Translations under genes and position numbers: made by a program
Shown here: positions 17,818 through 27,522 of the stretch, piece by piece
How the letters are laid out: every line of letters starts with the position of its first letter
Position numbering within the stretch: position 1 is the first letter of the stretch
Notes under the pieces: model-generated
Database searches by the model: none
The model's input: the letters and a program-made list of their open reading frames with translations, nothing else
Told to the model about the DNA's origin: nothing
Source of the DNA: an uncultured delta proteobacterium
GTDB taxonomy: Bacteria > Desulfobacterota > RBG-13-43-22
NCBI GenBank assembly: GCA_963711835.1
Contig: CAVQFQ010000017.1
Coordinates: forward strand, 320,001 to 384,000
Length of the DNA stretch: 64,000 nucleotides
Direction: 5' to 3'

Positions 17818-19688
17818 GGATCAGGGATAATTACCTTGGTTAAAGAAACCATAAATTCGCCCGCCTTTTGCACCCCGATCACCCGGGTTCCCGGAATCTC
17901 TTTTCCCTGATCATCAAAAAATAAGACCGCCGGTGGGCCGAAGAGGCCGAACTGCTTAAGCAGGGCCTCGGTTTCGGCCGTGTTCCGGGTGACATCGGCT
18001 TTGATCAAGGTCAGCCCCTTAAGTGCCTGTTGTACTTTTGGATCGGCAAAGGTGAAGCGCTCCAATTCCTTGCAGGCCGTGCACCAGTCCGCGCTCACAT
18101 AGAGCATCACCGGCCGGCCGGATGCCTCTTTTAAAAATCTCTCCAGTTCTCCGAGACTAGTCAGGGATTGAAAGGCAGGCATTGAGGTTGGAGGTTGGAG
18201 GTTGGAGGCGGGAGGAAAATTCTTGCGGTCCAGTCGGTTCAGTCCTGGACCTGATCTCGGATAAGGGCTGCAACAGGTCTTTCCCTCCCGAAAGGGCCCC
18301 AATGATCAAAACAATTCCGACCAATAAAACAAGGACGCCGATTCCCTTCCGGAATTTGGCCCATCCACCGGCCGGGACAGGCAAGGGATCGAGGGAATTT
18401 AAATAGATCGAGCTGATAATCAGTAAGGCCCCCCAGAGAAATAGGGTGACCGGACCGGGTATAACCGGGGAGACGATCCAGACGGCTACACCCAACAGGA
18501 TCCAGCCGAAGAAGGCCTTGATGGCCATCATCCACTCCCCGGCCCGGGGCAGCAGAAAGCCGGCCGAGGTTCCCAGGATCAGGAGCGGCACCCCCATTCC
18601 CAGGGCCAGGGAAAAAAGGGCCGTCCCGCCCAGCCAGACATCCTGGTGCCGGCTGATATAAATAAGGGCCCCGGCCAGGGGCGCAGTGACACAGGGGCCG
18701 ATAATCAGACCTGAAAGCACCCCCATGATAAAGACCCCCAGAAAAGTGCCGGCCTTTCGTTTGTTGCCGGCGGCGGTCATTTTACCCAGGAAGGAACCGG
18801 GGAGCTGTAAATCATACCATCCGAACATGGACAGGGCCAGGGCGACAAAGATCAGGGCAAAACTTCCCAAAACCCAGGGATTCTGCAAAGCGGAGGCGAT
18901 AAGTCGGCCCGATAAACCGGCCGCCACCCCGGCGGCCGTATAGGTCAGGGCCATGCCCAGGACATAGGTCAGGGAAAGGAGAAAAGACCGGATTTTTGTG
19001 GCTTCTTGGCCCTGGGCCACGATAATTCCCGAAAGGATGGGGATCATGGGAAAGACGCAGGGAGTCAGGGACAAGAGCAGGCCCAGTCCGAAAAAGGTCA
19101 GGATAACCATGAAGAAATTTTTCCGGCTGAAGAGCCCGGAGATATCACCGCCGATCCCTTTTCTCCATCGATGTCTTGCTTACTTGGGGCTGTCCCCTCC
19201 CCGGCGGGAGGGGATGAGGGGAGGTTGAATGGCGGAGACGCGGGGAGGGGGGACGCGGAGAGGGAAGAAAGATCGAGCTGAAACTTCTGCACCTTCGGCG
19301 GATAGCACAGCCCGGCATCGGAACAGCCCTGATAGGCGATGGAAAGGGCCAGGGTCTGTTTTTCCTTGGGTCGGCCTTTAAAGGGGAGTTGGACCGAAAC
19401 CGTATCCCGGTAAATTTGGGTGGATCCGAAATAAGGATCTTTTTTGACCCGGCCCTTCGGAAGTGCTACCGGTTCCAGGGAAAATTCCTCGGGCAGGAGG
19501 GCAAACTTTAATTTGTCCCGGTAAAGATAGTACCCCTCGGCGATGCGGACCGTTACTTCTATGCGGTCCGGCTGGGCGATCCGGGCCTGTATCTGAAAGG
19601 CCTGTTCGGGTTTAAGAGGCTGGCTGTTTCCCAGTGAAGGTAAAAAGAATGAAAGAATAAGGAGCAGAGAAAAAATTAGGTTGGCCAT
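17799..19688 (-). CDS. dsbD: Thiol:disulfide interchange protein DsbD, split into three ORFs by two frameshifts (about 19156 and 18200)
   Basis: Alpha domain GYYLYR..YQGCSDAGLCYPP, beta domain LTPCVFPMIP..GPCVTAP and gamma domain ADWCTACK lie in consecutive overlapping frames. Confidence 0.85.
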
Positions 19689-19734
19689 GGAGGCGTATTG
19701 AATAATGTATTATTTTAGCTGATAAATCATTTAA

Positions 19735-19821
19735 AAATCCCTCCCAACCTCCCTTTGATAAAGGGAGGGGACTATTGGAAGGATTCCCCCCCCTTTGAGA
19801 AAGGGGGGAAAGGGGGGATTT
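19735..19821. repeat. C/G-tract palindromic repeat (CCCTTTG..AAAGGG family)
   Basis: Two hairpins, CCTCCCTTTGATAAAGGGAGG and CCCCCCTTTGAGAAAGGGGGG, inside AAATCC...GGATTT; related to 52446-52492. Confidence 0.7.
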
Positions 19822-19918
19822 GTCGAAAGGTTTTTCAAGTCCTAAGGGACGGTTTTAAGAATCTCTTCGGCATTTTTCAGGTAAGGCAGGGCTTCCGTCA
19901 TCATCACGTCCTATTTTT

Positions 19919-20335
19919 TTACTGCTTATAAACAAAGATGCTCACATAGGCGATGGCCCCACGGTAGGAGGCGGTAACCTGATCCACGACGCTGGTTTGA
20001 GTAGTGGTGGTGCTGGCCGCCGGGGCCGTGTAAACCGCGTGGGACACCCCGCCGTCCAATGGGGTGGCCACTGAAAAGGTCCCGCCCTGGGTGGAGGAAT
20101 AGGTGATGGCTGTGGTGGAGGAATCATTGACCGGGTTTCCGGAGGCGTCCTTCACGGAGACGATCAGGGTAGACTGCCCCCCATAGGGAATGGTGGTGTT
20201 AGTGGCCGTCAGGCTCATGGTATATCCGGAGCCCGAACCATATCCGCTGGAACTGAGGGTGTTGGAAGAACAGCCGGCAAAACCCAAAAGAGCCAAAAGA
20301 GCGACGATCCAAAACCAGGTTTTAATGTGGGACAT
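19919..20335 (-). CDS. Putative lipoprotein with an Ig-like domain
   Basis: FAGC lipobox, Ser/Gly linker, LIVSVKDASGNPV. Confidence 0.7.
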   Translation of the reverse strand: MSHIKTWFWIVALLALLGFAGCSSNTLSSSGYGSGSGYTMSLTATNTTIPYGGQSTLIVSVKDASGNPVNDSSTTAITYSSTQGGTFSVATPLDGGVSHAVYTAPAASTTTTQTSVVDQVTASYRGAIAYVSIFVYKQ

Positions 20336-20349
20336 TTTTCCCTCCGTTA

Positions 20350-20826
20350 TTAAAGAAATAATGATACGATCGTGGATCCCTTGATTATCGTCGGACCTAA
20401 GACGGTGGCCGTGATTACCGTATCCCCGGAAATCCCTCCGGTGGCCGTAAAGGTGGTGGTGAAAAGGCCCCCGGCCGCCAGCCCGCTTTGAGGTTCCAGG
20501 GTGCCCCCCAGGCTGGAGCTCATGAAGACCTGCCCTTCGGCCCTCCGGCCGCTGCTGTCGGTTACCACCACGATAATGGTGGTGGTCCCGCTGAAGGCCG
20601 AAATACTGTTGCTACTGGCCGTCACCGAAACCGAGGCCGGGGCCCCGCCGGCGCTTCCCGACCCGGTTTGGGTTCCGCTGCTGTAGCTTTCCTTATCGTT
20701 ATTGGAGGAGCCGCAGCCTAAACTTAAAAACAAGAGTATGAATAGGGCACAAATCCCCGGGCCGGGAAACAGCTGCTGTTTTTTTAATTTTAAGGAGAAC
20801 ATGGAGGTATGATTAACGTGTGCCAA
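20350..20826 (-). CDS. Putative lipoprotein with an Ig-like domain (start uncertain, possibly 20802)
   Basis: SLGC lipobox, Ser/Gly linker, IIVVVTDSSGR. Confidence 0.65.
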   Translation of the reverse strand: MAHVNHTSMFSLKLKKQQLFPGPGICALFILLFLSLGCGSSNNDKESYSSGTQTGSGSAGGAPASVSVTASSNSISAFSGTTTIIVVVTDSSGRRAEGQVFMSSSLGGTLEPQSGLAAGGLFTTTFTATGGISGDTVITATVLGPTIIKGSTIVSLFL

Positions 20827-21102
20827 AAAAATAGTCTTTCACCTAAAGCTAATCCGAAAAATTCGGAAAGGTCTTTGCCACCGACACGCACAGACAGCCT
20901 GGCGGCGACCTGCCGCCAGGCTCCCGGCAGGTAAAAACAGTGCCTGGCCAAGAGCTAAAAAAATAGTGAGTGTCTTACTCGCGCCGGACCTAATTCTTTT
21001 TCCCGTCAATCTTATTTCTTTTTTAAAATTTGTCAAGAAATTAGCATGGCAGAAAGGCCGAAAAACTAAACCCTTGAAGCTCGAATTTCCCTAAAAAAAT
21101 AC

Positions 21103-21131
21103 TTGACAAAACCCCCTCAACTTGCTATGGA
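21103..21131 (+). promoter_or_regulatory. Putative sigma70 promoter of the porin gene
   Basis: TTGACA-17 nt-TATGGA with an extended TG. Confidence 0.45.
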
Positions 21132-21255
21132 TAGACCAAAAGCTATGACTAAAAAAGGGGGTGGTGCCCGGTCTGGATAATAAAAGTTAGTTATATCAGT
21201 AGGTTGTATAGAAAAAGAGATTAAAAAAACACAATTAACAAGGAGAAAAGAGACG

Positions 21256-22476
21256 ATGAAAAAATTAGCGATTATTGCTTTGGTTTTAGGGTTGGCGGTC
21301 GCTTTCGCGGTGCCCGCCTTTGCCTTTAAAATCGAAGGCGCCAAAGACCAGAAGTTTTATTTCGGCGCCCAGATCTACACGGATATTGGTTGGCAAAATC
21401 GGTCCAAGGAGATGAATAACTGGAACGGCACCGGAAGCAACGGTGACAGTGACCGGAGCGTCATGTTCCTGAACTTTCCCCGTCATTCCCGGCTCCAGGG
21501 TTCGTTTGAGAGCGGTGCCGCTGGTGGATTTTTTGATGTCCGCTTAGGCCGTGACAACGTTTCCAGCCATGAACAGGGGGATGCCCCCAATGCCGCCGAC
21601 AAGAACAACCAGTTGAATTATATTGAAGCGGCCCAACTCTACGGCTGGTACACGTTCGGCAATTGCAAGATCATGGCCGGTAAGATGGACGGCAGTATCC
21701 TGGCCATGACCCCCGCGCAGAACCTCGGGTTTAATACCAACAACCATATAGCCGGCTTCGGCTGGGGCGCCATTTACGATGACCGGGCCGCCCAGCTCCG
21801 TTTTGTCCAGAATATCTCCAAGGCGTTCGGCTGGCAGATCTCCCTGGTTCAACCCAACGTCTATGAGTATGGCTTGGGATTGGGCTCGAACGACAGCTAT
21901 GCCCAAATCCCTGCGGTTCACGTCAAGTTTAACCTGAACTTCGGACCGGTCAGCCTCTTCCCCGGCGGGTTCTATGGAACGGTTAAATGGGACAATGTGC
22001 CTAATAACTGGGATAATAGCCTTCAGTATTGGTATGTGCAGTTACCGGTGCGGGTTATGGCCGGCCCCTTCACTGGGTTATTCCAGCTCGGCTACGGCCA
22101 GAACCTGGCGGGTGGTACCTCGCCCCCACTCAGCTTGCAGAGTGGCTATTGGTCCCCTATCCGCGGTGCCGATGGGAAAATTCAAAACGCCACAGGTTGG
22201 GCTGGTTTTTTTGATTTGAGTTTCAACGCCGGCGCGGTCATCCCTCACCTTTATTTCGGTTATGATAATCCGAAAAATAGTGACGCCTGGAAGGTTGGAG
22301 ATGACTATAACGCCAGGATGATGTATGGCGCCAGCGTCCTGATCCCTTTGCATGAAAACTTTGCCCTGTCCCCGGAAATCACCTACTATGACTATGGCAA
22401 GGTACCGGGCAATGCCGCCAAACCGGATATCGGCAAGGAGTGGTTGGCTGGTGTGCAGTTCCGGTTCGTGTTTTAA
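21256..22476 (+). CDS. Outer-membrane beta-barrel (porin-like) protein
   Basis: Signal peptide ending PAFA, aromatic/Gly-rich alternating strands and C-terminal QFRFVF. Confidence 0.8.
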   Translation: MKKLAIIALVLGLAVAFAVPAFAFKIEGAKDQKFYFGAQIYTDIGWQNRSKEMNNWNGTGSNGDSDRSVMFLNFPRHSRLQGSFESGAAGGFFDVRLGRDNVSSHEQGDAPNAADKNNQLNYIEAAQLYGWYTFGNCKIMAGKMDGSILAMTPAQNLGFNTNNHIAGFGWGAIYDDRAAQLRFVQNISKAFGWQISLVQPNVYEYGLGLGSNDSYAQIPAVHVKFNLNFGPVSLFPGGFYGTVKWDNVPNNWDNSLQYWYVQLPVRVMAGPFTGLFQLGYGQNLAGGTSPPLSLQSGYWSPIRGADGKIQNATGWAGFFDLSFNAGAVIPHLYFGYDNPKNSDAWKVGDDYNARMMYGASVLIPLHENFALSPEITYYDYGKVPGNAAKPDIGKEWLAGVQFRFVF

Positions 22477-22508
22477 TCTAACTTAAACAACTTAACCTAA
22501 ACCCACAG

Positions 22509-22541
22509 ACCCTGGAGGGGCAACCTTCCAGGGTTTTTTTT
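22509..22541 (+). terminator. Intrinsic terminator
   Basis: ACCCTGGAGG-loop-CTTCCAGGGT followed by a T-run. Confidence 0.85.
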
Positions 22542-22565
22542 GCCGAAATCATTTTTAAAGTGGTA

Positions 22566-22594
22566 TTGACGGGGTGACAGGCACCTGTTAATAT
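22566..22594 (+). promoter_or_regulatory. vapBC promoter with a palindromic operator
   Basis: TTGACG-17 nt-TAATAT; ACAGG-CA-CCTGT palindrome in the spacer. Confidence 0.55.
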
Positions 22595-22624
22595 GCCTTT
22601 AGAGTACGCGTTAAGGAGGCATCA

Positions 22625-22840
22625 ATGAGAACGACATTGGCCATCAAAGACCAGCTCCTGGAGGAGGCCAAGGTCCTTTCCGGGGCCAGAACTAAAAAGG
22701 AGACCGTAGAGATCGCTTTAGATGAATTTGTCAGGAGGAGAAGGGCAAAAAAATTGATGGACCTGGAAGGCCAGGTGGAATTTGCCCGGACCCTGGATGA
22801 TTTTTTAAAACAAAGGAGAAAAGATGTTCCTTATCGATAG
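22625..22840 (+). CDS. vapB: VapB-family antitoxin
   Basis: MRTTLAIKDQLL..TKKETVEIAL ribbon-helix-helix pattern; overlaps vapC. Confidence 0.85.
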   Translation: MRTTLAIKDQLLEEAKVLSGARTKKETVEIALDEFVRRRRAKKLMDLEGQVEFARTLDDFLKQRRKDVPYR

Positions 22841-23216
22841 TTCTGCCTGGATAGAATATTTCAGGCCGAAAGGATCTCCCAAGGTAAAAGAAAGGGTCCG
22901 GGAAATTCTAAAAAAGGAAGAAGCGGCCACCTGCGGCATTGTGATCGTTGAATTATTGAGGGGTGCCACAGATAAAAAAATCTATCAGTCTCTTAGAGAA
23001 GCCCTTTTAGCCCTTCCTCAAACCCCCTTAAATGATTCGGTGATTCAAAGGGCGGCCGAATGGGGCTTCTTGGTAGACCGTAAACTCAAGACCGTCCCGA
23101 CTACGGACCTTTTGATCGGCGCCTCCGCCTATAAAAAGGCAACGGTCCTGCACTGTGATAAGGATTTCGAGCTGCTGGCTTCGACCTTTGGTTTGGAACA
23201 GGAACGATGCCGGTAA
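22824..23216 (+). CDS. vapC: VapC PIN-domain toxin
   Basis: LIDSSAWI..ELLRGA..DLLIGA..HCDKDF. Confidence 0.88.
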   Translation: MFLIDSSAWIEYFRPKGSPKVKERVREILKKEEAATCGIVIVELLRGATDKKIYQSLREALLALPQTPLNDSVIQRAAEWGFLVDRKLKTVPTTDLLIGASAYKKATVLHCDKDFELLASTFGLEQERCR

Positions 23217-23251
23217 ACACTAACCCAAGATAAGGGATGTAAGAATCAAAA

Positions 23252-24721
23252 ATGCAAAATCGGGGACATCCCCAGATTTGGTATGAGATCAACACCTGGG
23301 TCTGGCTGCATGATCTAAGCCGTCGCTACGGGCGAGAGATAACCCTGGGTGATGTTCCCGAAGCGGAATGGGAGGCCCTGGCCGAGCTGGGGGTGGAGGC
23401 CGTCTGGTTCATGGGGGTTTGGGAACGAAGCCCGGCCGGGCTGGTTATCGCCCTGGAAAACAAGGCCCTGCTTTCCGAATTTCGCCGGGCGCTGCCGGAT
23501 TTTAAACCGGAAGACGCGCTGGGCTCGGCTTACTGTGTGCGCCGTTATCGGGTGGATGACCGCCTGGGCGGGCCCCAGGGATTGGCCCGGGCCCGCGAGC
23601 AGTTGGCCAGGCGGGGGATCGGGCTGCTCCTGGATTTTGTCCCCAATCACGTAGCCCGTGATCACCCCTGGATTTCCGAGCATCCGGACTATTTCATCCA
23701 GGGCCAGACCGAAGACCTCAGCTTGAGCCCCGGGGAATTCTTCCCAGTCAAAGACTGGATCATTGCCTGCGGCCGGGATCCTTATTTCCCGCCCTGGCAG
23801 GATGTGGCCCAGGTCAATGCCTTTCATCCCGGTCTCCGCCGGGCAGCCCAAGACACCTTAATTGAGATCGCCGGCCAGTGCGACGGGGTCCGCTGCGACA
23901 TGGCCATGCTCCTGATAAATCCTGTTTTCGGGCATACCTGGGGCCGGCGGGCCGGTCAGGAACCGGCCCTGGATTATTGGCCTGAGGTGATTCAGGGCGT
24001 CCGGAAGCATTTTCCGGACTTCCTTTTTATAGCCGAAGTTTACTGGAACCTGGAGTTGGAACTGCAGCAGCAGGGCTTCGACTTCTGCTATGACAAGCGG
24101 CTTTATGACCGGCTGGAGCAGGGTCCGGCCGAGAGCGTCGGGCGCCATCTCCGGATGGATCCGGCCTGCCAGCAGAAGCTGGTCCGTTTTATCGAAAACC
24201 ATGACGAACCCCGGGCTGCGGCCGTCTTCCCTTGGCCGAAGCACAGGGCCGCGGCGGTGATCAGCACCACGCTGCCGGGGGCCAGACTTTTTTATGAAGG
24301 ACAGTTCGAGGGACGAAAGATCAGGCCGCCCGTCTTCCTGAGGCGCCGACCCCAGGAAACCATAGACCAGGAGGTGCTGGTATTTTACCGGCGTTTATTG
24401 GAGGCCCTCCAACTGCCGGCCATCCGGGAAGGGGAGTGGACTCTCTGCGAGCGGGCCGGCTGGCCGGACAACCAAAGTTTTCTGAACCTCCTGACCTGGT
24501 GCCGGCGCCGGGAAGGGGCGCGGGTCCTGATCGTGGCCAATTTCTCGGATCAGCCTTCCCAGGGGCGGGTACGGTTGCCCTGGACTGATCCGGCCGGCGG
24601 CACCAGGCGGCTGACCGATTTCTTCACCGGGGAGGTATTCGAGCGGGAGGGCCGTGAGATGGAGGATCCGGGCTTATACGTGGATCTTGAGGCTTGGGGC
24701 TTCCATTTTTTTCTTTTTTAG
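23252..24721 (+). CDS. Alpha-amylase family glycoside hydrolase (GH13)
   Basis: DFVPNH, DGVRCDMA, AEVY and FIENHDE catalytic regions. Confidence 0.88.
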   Translation: MQNRGHPQIWYEINTWVWLHDLSRRYGREITLGDVPEAEWEALAELGVEAVWFMGVWERSPAGLVIALENKALLSEFRRALPDFKPEDALGSAYCVRRYRVDDRLGGPQGLARAREQLARRGIGLLLDFVPNHVARDHPWISEHPDYFIQGQTEDLSLSPGEFFPVKDWIIACGRDPYFPPWQDVAQVNAFHPGLRRAAQDTLIEIAGQCDGVRCDMAMLLINPVFGHTWGRRAGQEPALDYWPEVIQGVRKHFPDFLFIAEVYWNLELELQQQGFDFCYDKRLYDRLEQGPAESVGRHLRMDPACQQKLVRFIENHDEPRAAAVFPWPKHRAAAVISTTLPGARLFYEGQFEGRKIRPPVFLRRRPQETIDQEVLVFYRRLLEALQLPAIREGEWTLCERAGWPDNQSFLNLLTWCRRREGARVLIVANFSDQPSQGRVRLPWTDPAGGTRRLTDFFTGEVFEREGREMEDPGLYVDLEAWGFHFFLF

Positions 24722-24725
24722 GTAA

Positions 24726-25145
24726 CCCATTAGGCCTAACTTAAGAGCCGAGGGTTTCTCTGACGTCATTCCGGCGAAAGCCGGAATCCAGGGAGCCACC
24801 AGTGAATAAACAACCAGTGGTATATATTCTGGCAAGTAAAAGAAATGGAACTCTTTATATTGGTGTGACTTCAGATCTTGTCAAAAGGGTATGGGAGCAC
24901 AAAAACAATATGGTTGAAGGGTTTACCAAACGCTATGGTGTCCATCAGTTGGTTTGGTATGAATTGCACGAGGGCATGGGATCGGCTATTCAGCGGGAGA
25001 AGCAACTGAAAGAATGGAAGCGCAAGTGGAAACTTGAATTAATTGAGGGTGCCAATCGAAATTGGCAGGATTTGTATTATTTGATTGTCTGACTGGATTC
25101 CGGCTTTCGCCGGAATGACGCTACGCCTAAGTTAGCGCTTATGGG
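24726..25145 (+). mobile_element. 420-bp element: outer TIRs + perfect CGTC-REP inverted pair + GIY-YIG nuclease gene
   Basis: Inner 28/28 IR at 24764-24791 / 25093-25120; outer 16/20 IR at 24726-24745 / 25126-25145. Confidence 0.75.
24802..25092 (+). CDS. Stand-alone GIY-YIG nuclease family protein
   Basis: VYILAS..TLYIGVTSDLVKRVWEH..FTKRY..AIQREKQLK..N: GIY/YIG, Arg and Glu retained. GTG start with GGAG upstream. Confidence 0.9.
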   Translation: MNKQPVVYILASKRNGTLYIGVTSDLVKRVWEHKNNMVEGFTKRYGVHQLVWYELHEGMGSAIQREKQLKEWKRKWKLELIEGANRNWQDLYYLIV

Positions 25146-25194
25146 ATGGAGGGGAGAGAGATAAGTCTCTGTTATTCACCCCCACCTCTCCGCC

Positions 25195-25264
25195 GCGGCG
25201 GACTCCCCCCTCTGAGGGGGACGGCCATGAGCCGGGTCAAAGAGGAAAATTTCAATTATCTTTG
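25195..25264 (+). repeat. 70-bp dispersed structured repeat, copy 1
   Basis: 69/70 identical to 58073-58142. Confidence 0.85.
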
Positions 25265-25354
25265 TTTAGCCCTTTGAAAAGGCCCGCCTCTTTCAGGCCG
25301 GCCAATTAGGCATCGGGTAAAAAAGCACATAGCGCCTATGGAACAGGGTTGGGC

Positions 25355-26650
25355 ATGAAAGAGAACAAATTTTACGACATCCACTGCCATGCCATGAATC
25401 TCAGCCACCCCAATCTGCTGGCTTTTCTGAACCGTTATTCCATCCTCAAAAGTCTAACGCTCCATCAATGGTTACCTTTCGGAACCTTCTTTTTTGGGAA
25501 GAACTTCATTAAAATTAAAAACCTCCTGTCCGTGATGGAAAATGACCTGGGGGATTTCTTCCTGATCATGGAAAACTGCCTGAAGGACCCGGATAATCCC
25601 ATGCTGCAAGGTGCCCTCTTCAGGGTTGGTGACCGGGACTACGGCAAAGTGGTCCTGACCCCTCTGGTGATTGATTTCGGGACCAAAGGAGGCCGGGATC
25701 CGGATATCCACTACAGCCAGTTGTCCGAGAAGCCGGTGGTCGAGCAGGTTATCGATCTTTTTAACGGGATCAGGAGGTATCGGGAAAAGAGCCGGGAAAA
25801 AATCTTTGAAATTTTTCCCTTCCTGGGGTTGAATACCCGGAATTATTTCCTGGAGGCGAAGAAAGAGGGCCCGAGGGATTCTTCTCATTTGGCAGCGGAA
25901 GAGACAAAAAACACCCTCCCCAACCTGCTTGAAAAATACTTCGGTGATTATCAGGCTTCCCCGGCAGCCTTGCTGACCCGAATGGGGGAATTCGATGGAA
26001 ATATGGAGCAGATGACCAGCAACTTTTTTGCCGGGATCAAGCTCTATCCTCCCCTGGGCTTCGATCCCTGGCCGGAGAAGAATGGGGAGGAACTGGAGAA
26101 GGTCCGCTATCTTTACGAATTTTGTTCCGGAAAAAAGATCCCCCTGACGGTTCACTGCTGCGACCAGGGTTTTGTAACCATTCCCGACAGGGAGGTGAAA
26201 GCCTTTACCAATCCCTCCAAGTGGGAACCGGTATTGAAACGGTATCCTGCGCTAAAAATCAACCTGGCCCATTTCGGCAAACAGGGCAAACGCCTGGGCA
26301 TCTTCAGGCAAACGAATTGGCAGAAGACCATCCTGAAGCTTATGGCGGAATATGAGAACGTTTACACGGACTTCGCCAATAACGGCCTGGATGACCAATC
26401 CTATCGATCGTTAAGGGCCTTAATCGAGGCTTCAGCAAGGCGATTCAGCCCCGGGTTTAAGGAAAAACTGACCCGGCGTATCCTCTTCGGCTCGGATTTT
26501 ATGATCAACCTGCTCCGGATGGATTCCTATAATCAATACCTGGGCTTATTTTCCGGAACAAAATGGCTGACCCCGGAGGAGAAAGAGCTCTTCGGCTGCC
26601 TTAATCCGGAGCGATTTCTATTTTCGGATCATCTTCAAAAAAGCCGCTGA
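25355..26650 (+). CDS. Amidohydrolase-family (TIM-barrel metallohydrolase) protein
   Basis: DIHCH, KLYPPLG, VHC, NLAHFG and LFGSDF metal-ligand motifs. Confidence 0.8.
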   Translation: MKENKFYDIHCHAMNLSHPNLLAFLNRYSILKSLTLHQWLPFGTFFFGKNFIKIKNLLSVMENDLGDFFLIMENCLKDPDNPMLQGALFRVGDRDYGKVVLTPLVIDFGTKGGRDPDIHYSQLSEKPVVEQVIDLFNGIRRYREKSREKIFEIFPFLGLNTRNYFLEAKKEGPRDSSHLAAEETKNTLPNLLEKYFGDYQASPAALLTRMGEFDGNMEQMTSNFFAGIKLYPPLGFDPWPEKNGEELEKVRYLYEFCSGKKIPLTVHCCDQGFVTIPDREVKAFTNPSKWEPVLKRYPALKINLAHFGKQGKRLGIFRQTNWQKTILKLMAEYENVYTDFANNGLDDQSYRSLRALIEASARRFSPGFKEKLTRRILFGSDFMINLLRMDSYNQYLGLFSGTKWLTPEEKELFGCLNPERFLFSDHLQKSR

Positions 26651-26705
26651 GGATAGAGGCTTCAAGGTACCCCAGGCGAGGCCGGGAAAAAAGGAAGGGG
26701 TGACG

Positions 26706-27203
26706 ATGGAAAAATATGTCAAGCTGGCCAAGAAGCTGGCCATGGTGGATGCCCGAATCATTTCACCCCGGGAAATCGTTTTTGATATCCGGGCCATTTT
26801 AAAATGCCGCTGGGGCTGTGAAGATTATTTTAAGGAGGATGTCCGCTGCCATACCCGGGGCACATCCTTTCAGGAACGGGTGGCCATGATCAACCAATAT
26901 CATCAGGTCCTGGTCATCCAGTCCCATGAGGCCAGGGCCTTGAGTCAGGCCGCACTAAAAATAGAAAGGGCGGCTTTTCTGGACGGGCATTACTTTGCCT
27001 TTGCCGTCCGGACCTGCAACCTCTGCCGGGCATGTGCGGTTCAAGAGGGGCTGGCCTGCCCGACCCCGGAAAAAATTAGACCCTGCGATCAAAGCTTCGG
27101 GATTGATGTCTATAAGACCGTCCGAAATTTAGGCTGGCCCTGTGAAGTCCTCCGGAATAAAGATGGGCTTCAAAATCGCTATGGTTTTGTGTTGATTGAC
27201 TGA
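26706..27203 (+). CDS. DUF2284-like Cys-rich metal-binding protein
   Basis: KCRWGC..C..CNLCRAC..CPTPEKIRP..GIDVYKTV. Confidence 0.75.
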   Translation: MEKYVKLAKKLAMVDARIISPREIVFDIRAILKCRWGCEDYFKEDVRCHTRGTSFQERVAMINQYHQVLVIQSHEARALSQAALKIERAAFLDGHYFAFAVRTCNLCRACAVQEGLACPTPEKIRPCDQSFGIDVYKTVRNLGWPCEVLRNKDGLQNRYGFVLID

Positions 27204-27259
27204 AGGCGGGCGGTCGTACAAATCAGGGGAGGGGCCTTTGGGTGCAGGCGAGTAAAAGC

Positions 27260-27295
27260 AAAAAGGGGGTTGAAATGGTTTCAACCCCCTTTTTT
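27260..27295. terminator. Bidirectional intrinsic terminator
   Basis: AAAAAGGGGGTTGAAA-TGG-TTTCAACCCCCTTTTT between convergent genes. Confidence 0.85.
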
Positions 27296-27318
27296 AGTTG
27301 CTTGTAAGTTGGTGGCTC

Positions 27319-27522
27319 TTACAGGGTTTTTACATTGACCGCTGCCGGTCCTTTGTTGCCCTGCTCGATGTCAAAGCTTACCCGCTGGCCCTCATAGAGC
27401 GTACGGAAGCCCTGCATTTCGATAGCCGAATGATGGATAAAAACATCCTTCTCCTGACCATCGACCTCGATAAAGCCAAAGCCTTTGTTCTCATTGAACC
27501 ACTTTACGCGTCCTTCTGGCAT
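27319..27522 (-). CDS. csp: Cold-shock protein
   Basis: [29 protein letters not shown]. Upstream TTGACA-17-TATTAT (27711-27683) implies a long 5' UTR. Confidence 0.95.
   Translation of the reverse strand: MPEGRVKWFNENKGFGFIEVDGQEKDVFIHHSAIEMQGFRTLYEGQRVSFDIEQGNKGPAAVNVKTL

Noticed and set aside
16918-23216. Two PIN toxin-antitoxin pairs as evidence of a prophage or defence island
   Set aside because: No integrase, phage or other defence genes are nearby; they look like isolated insertions among housekeeping genes.
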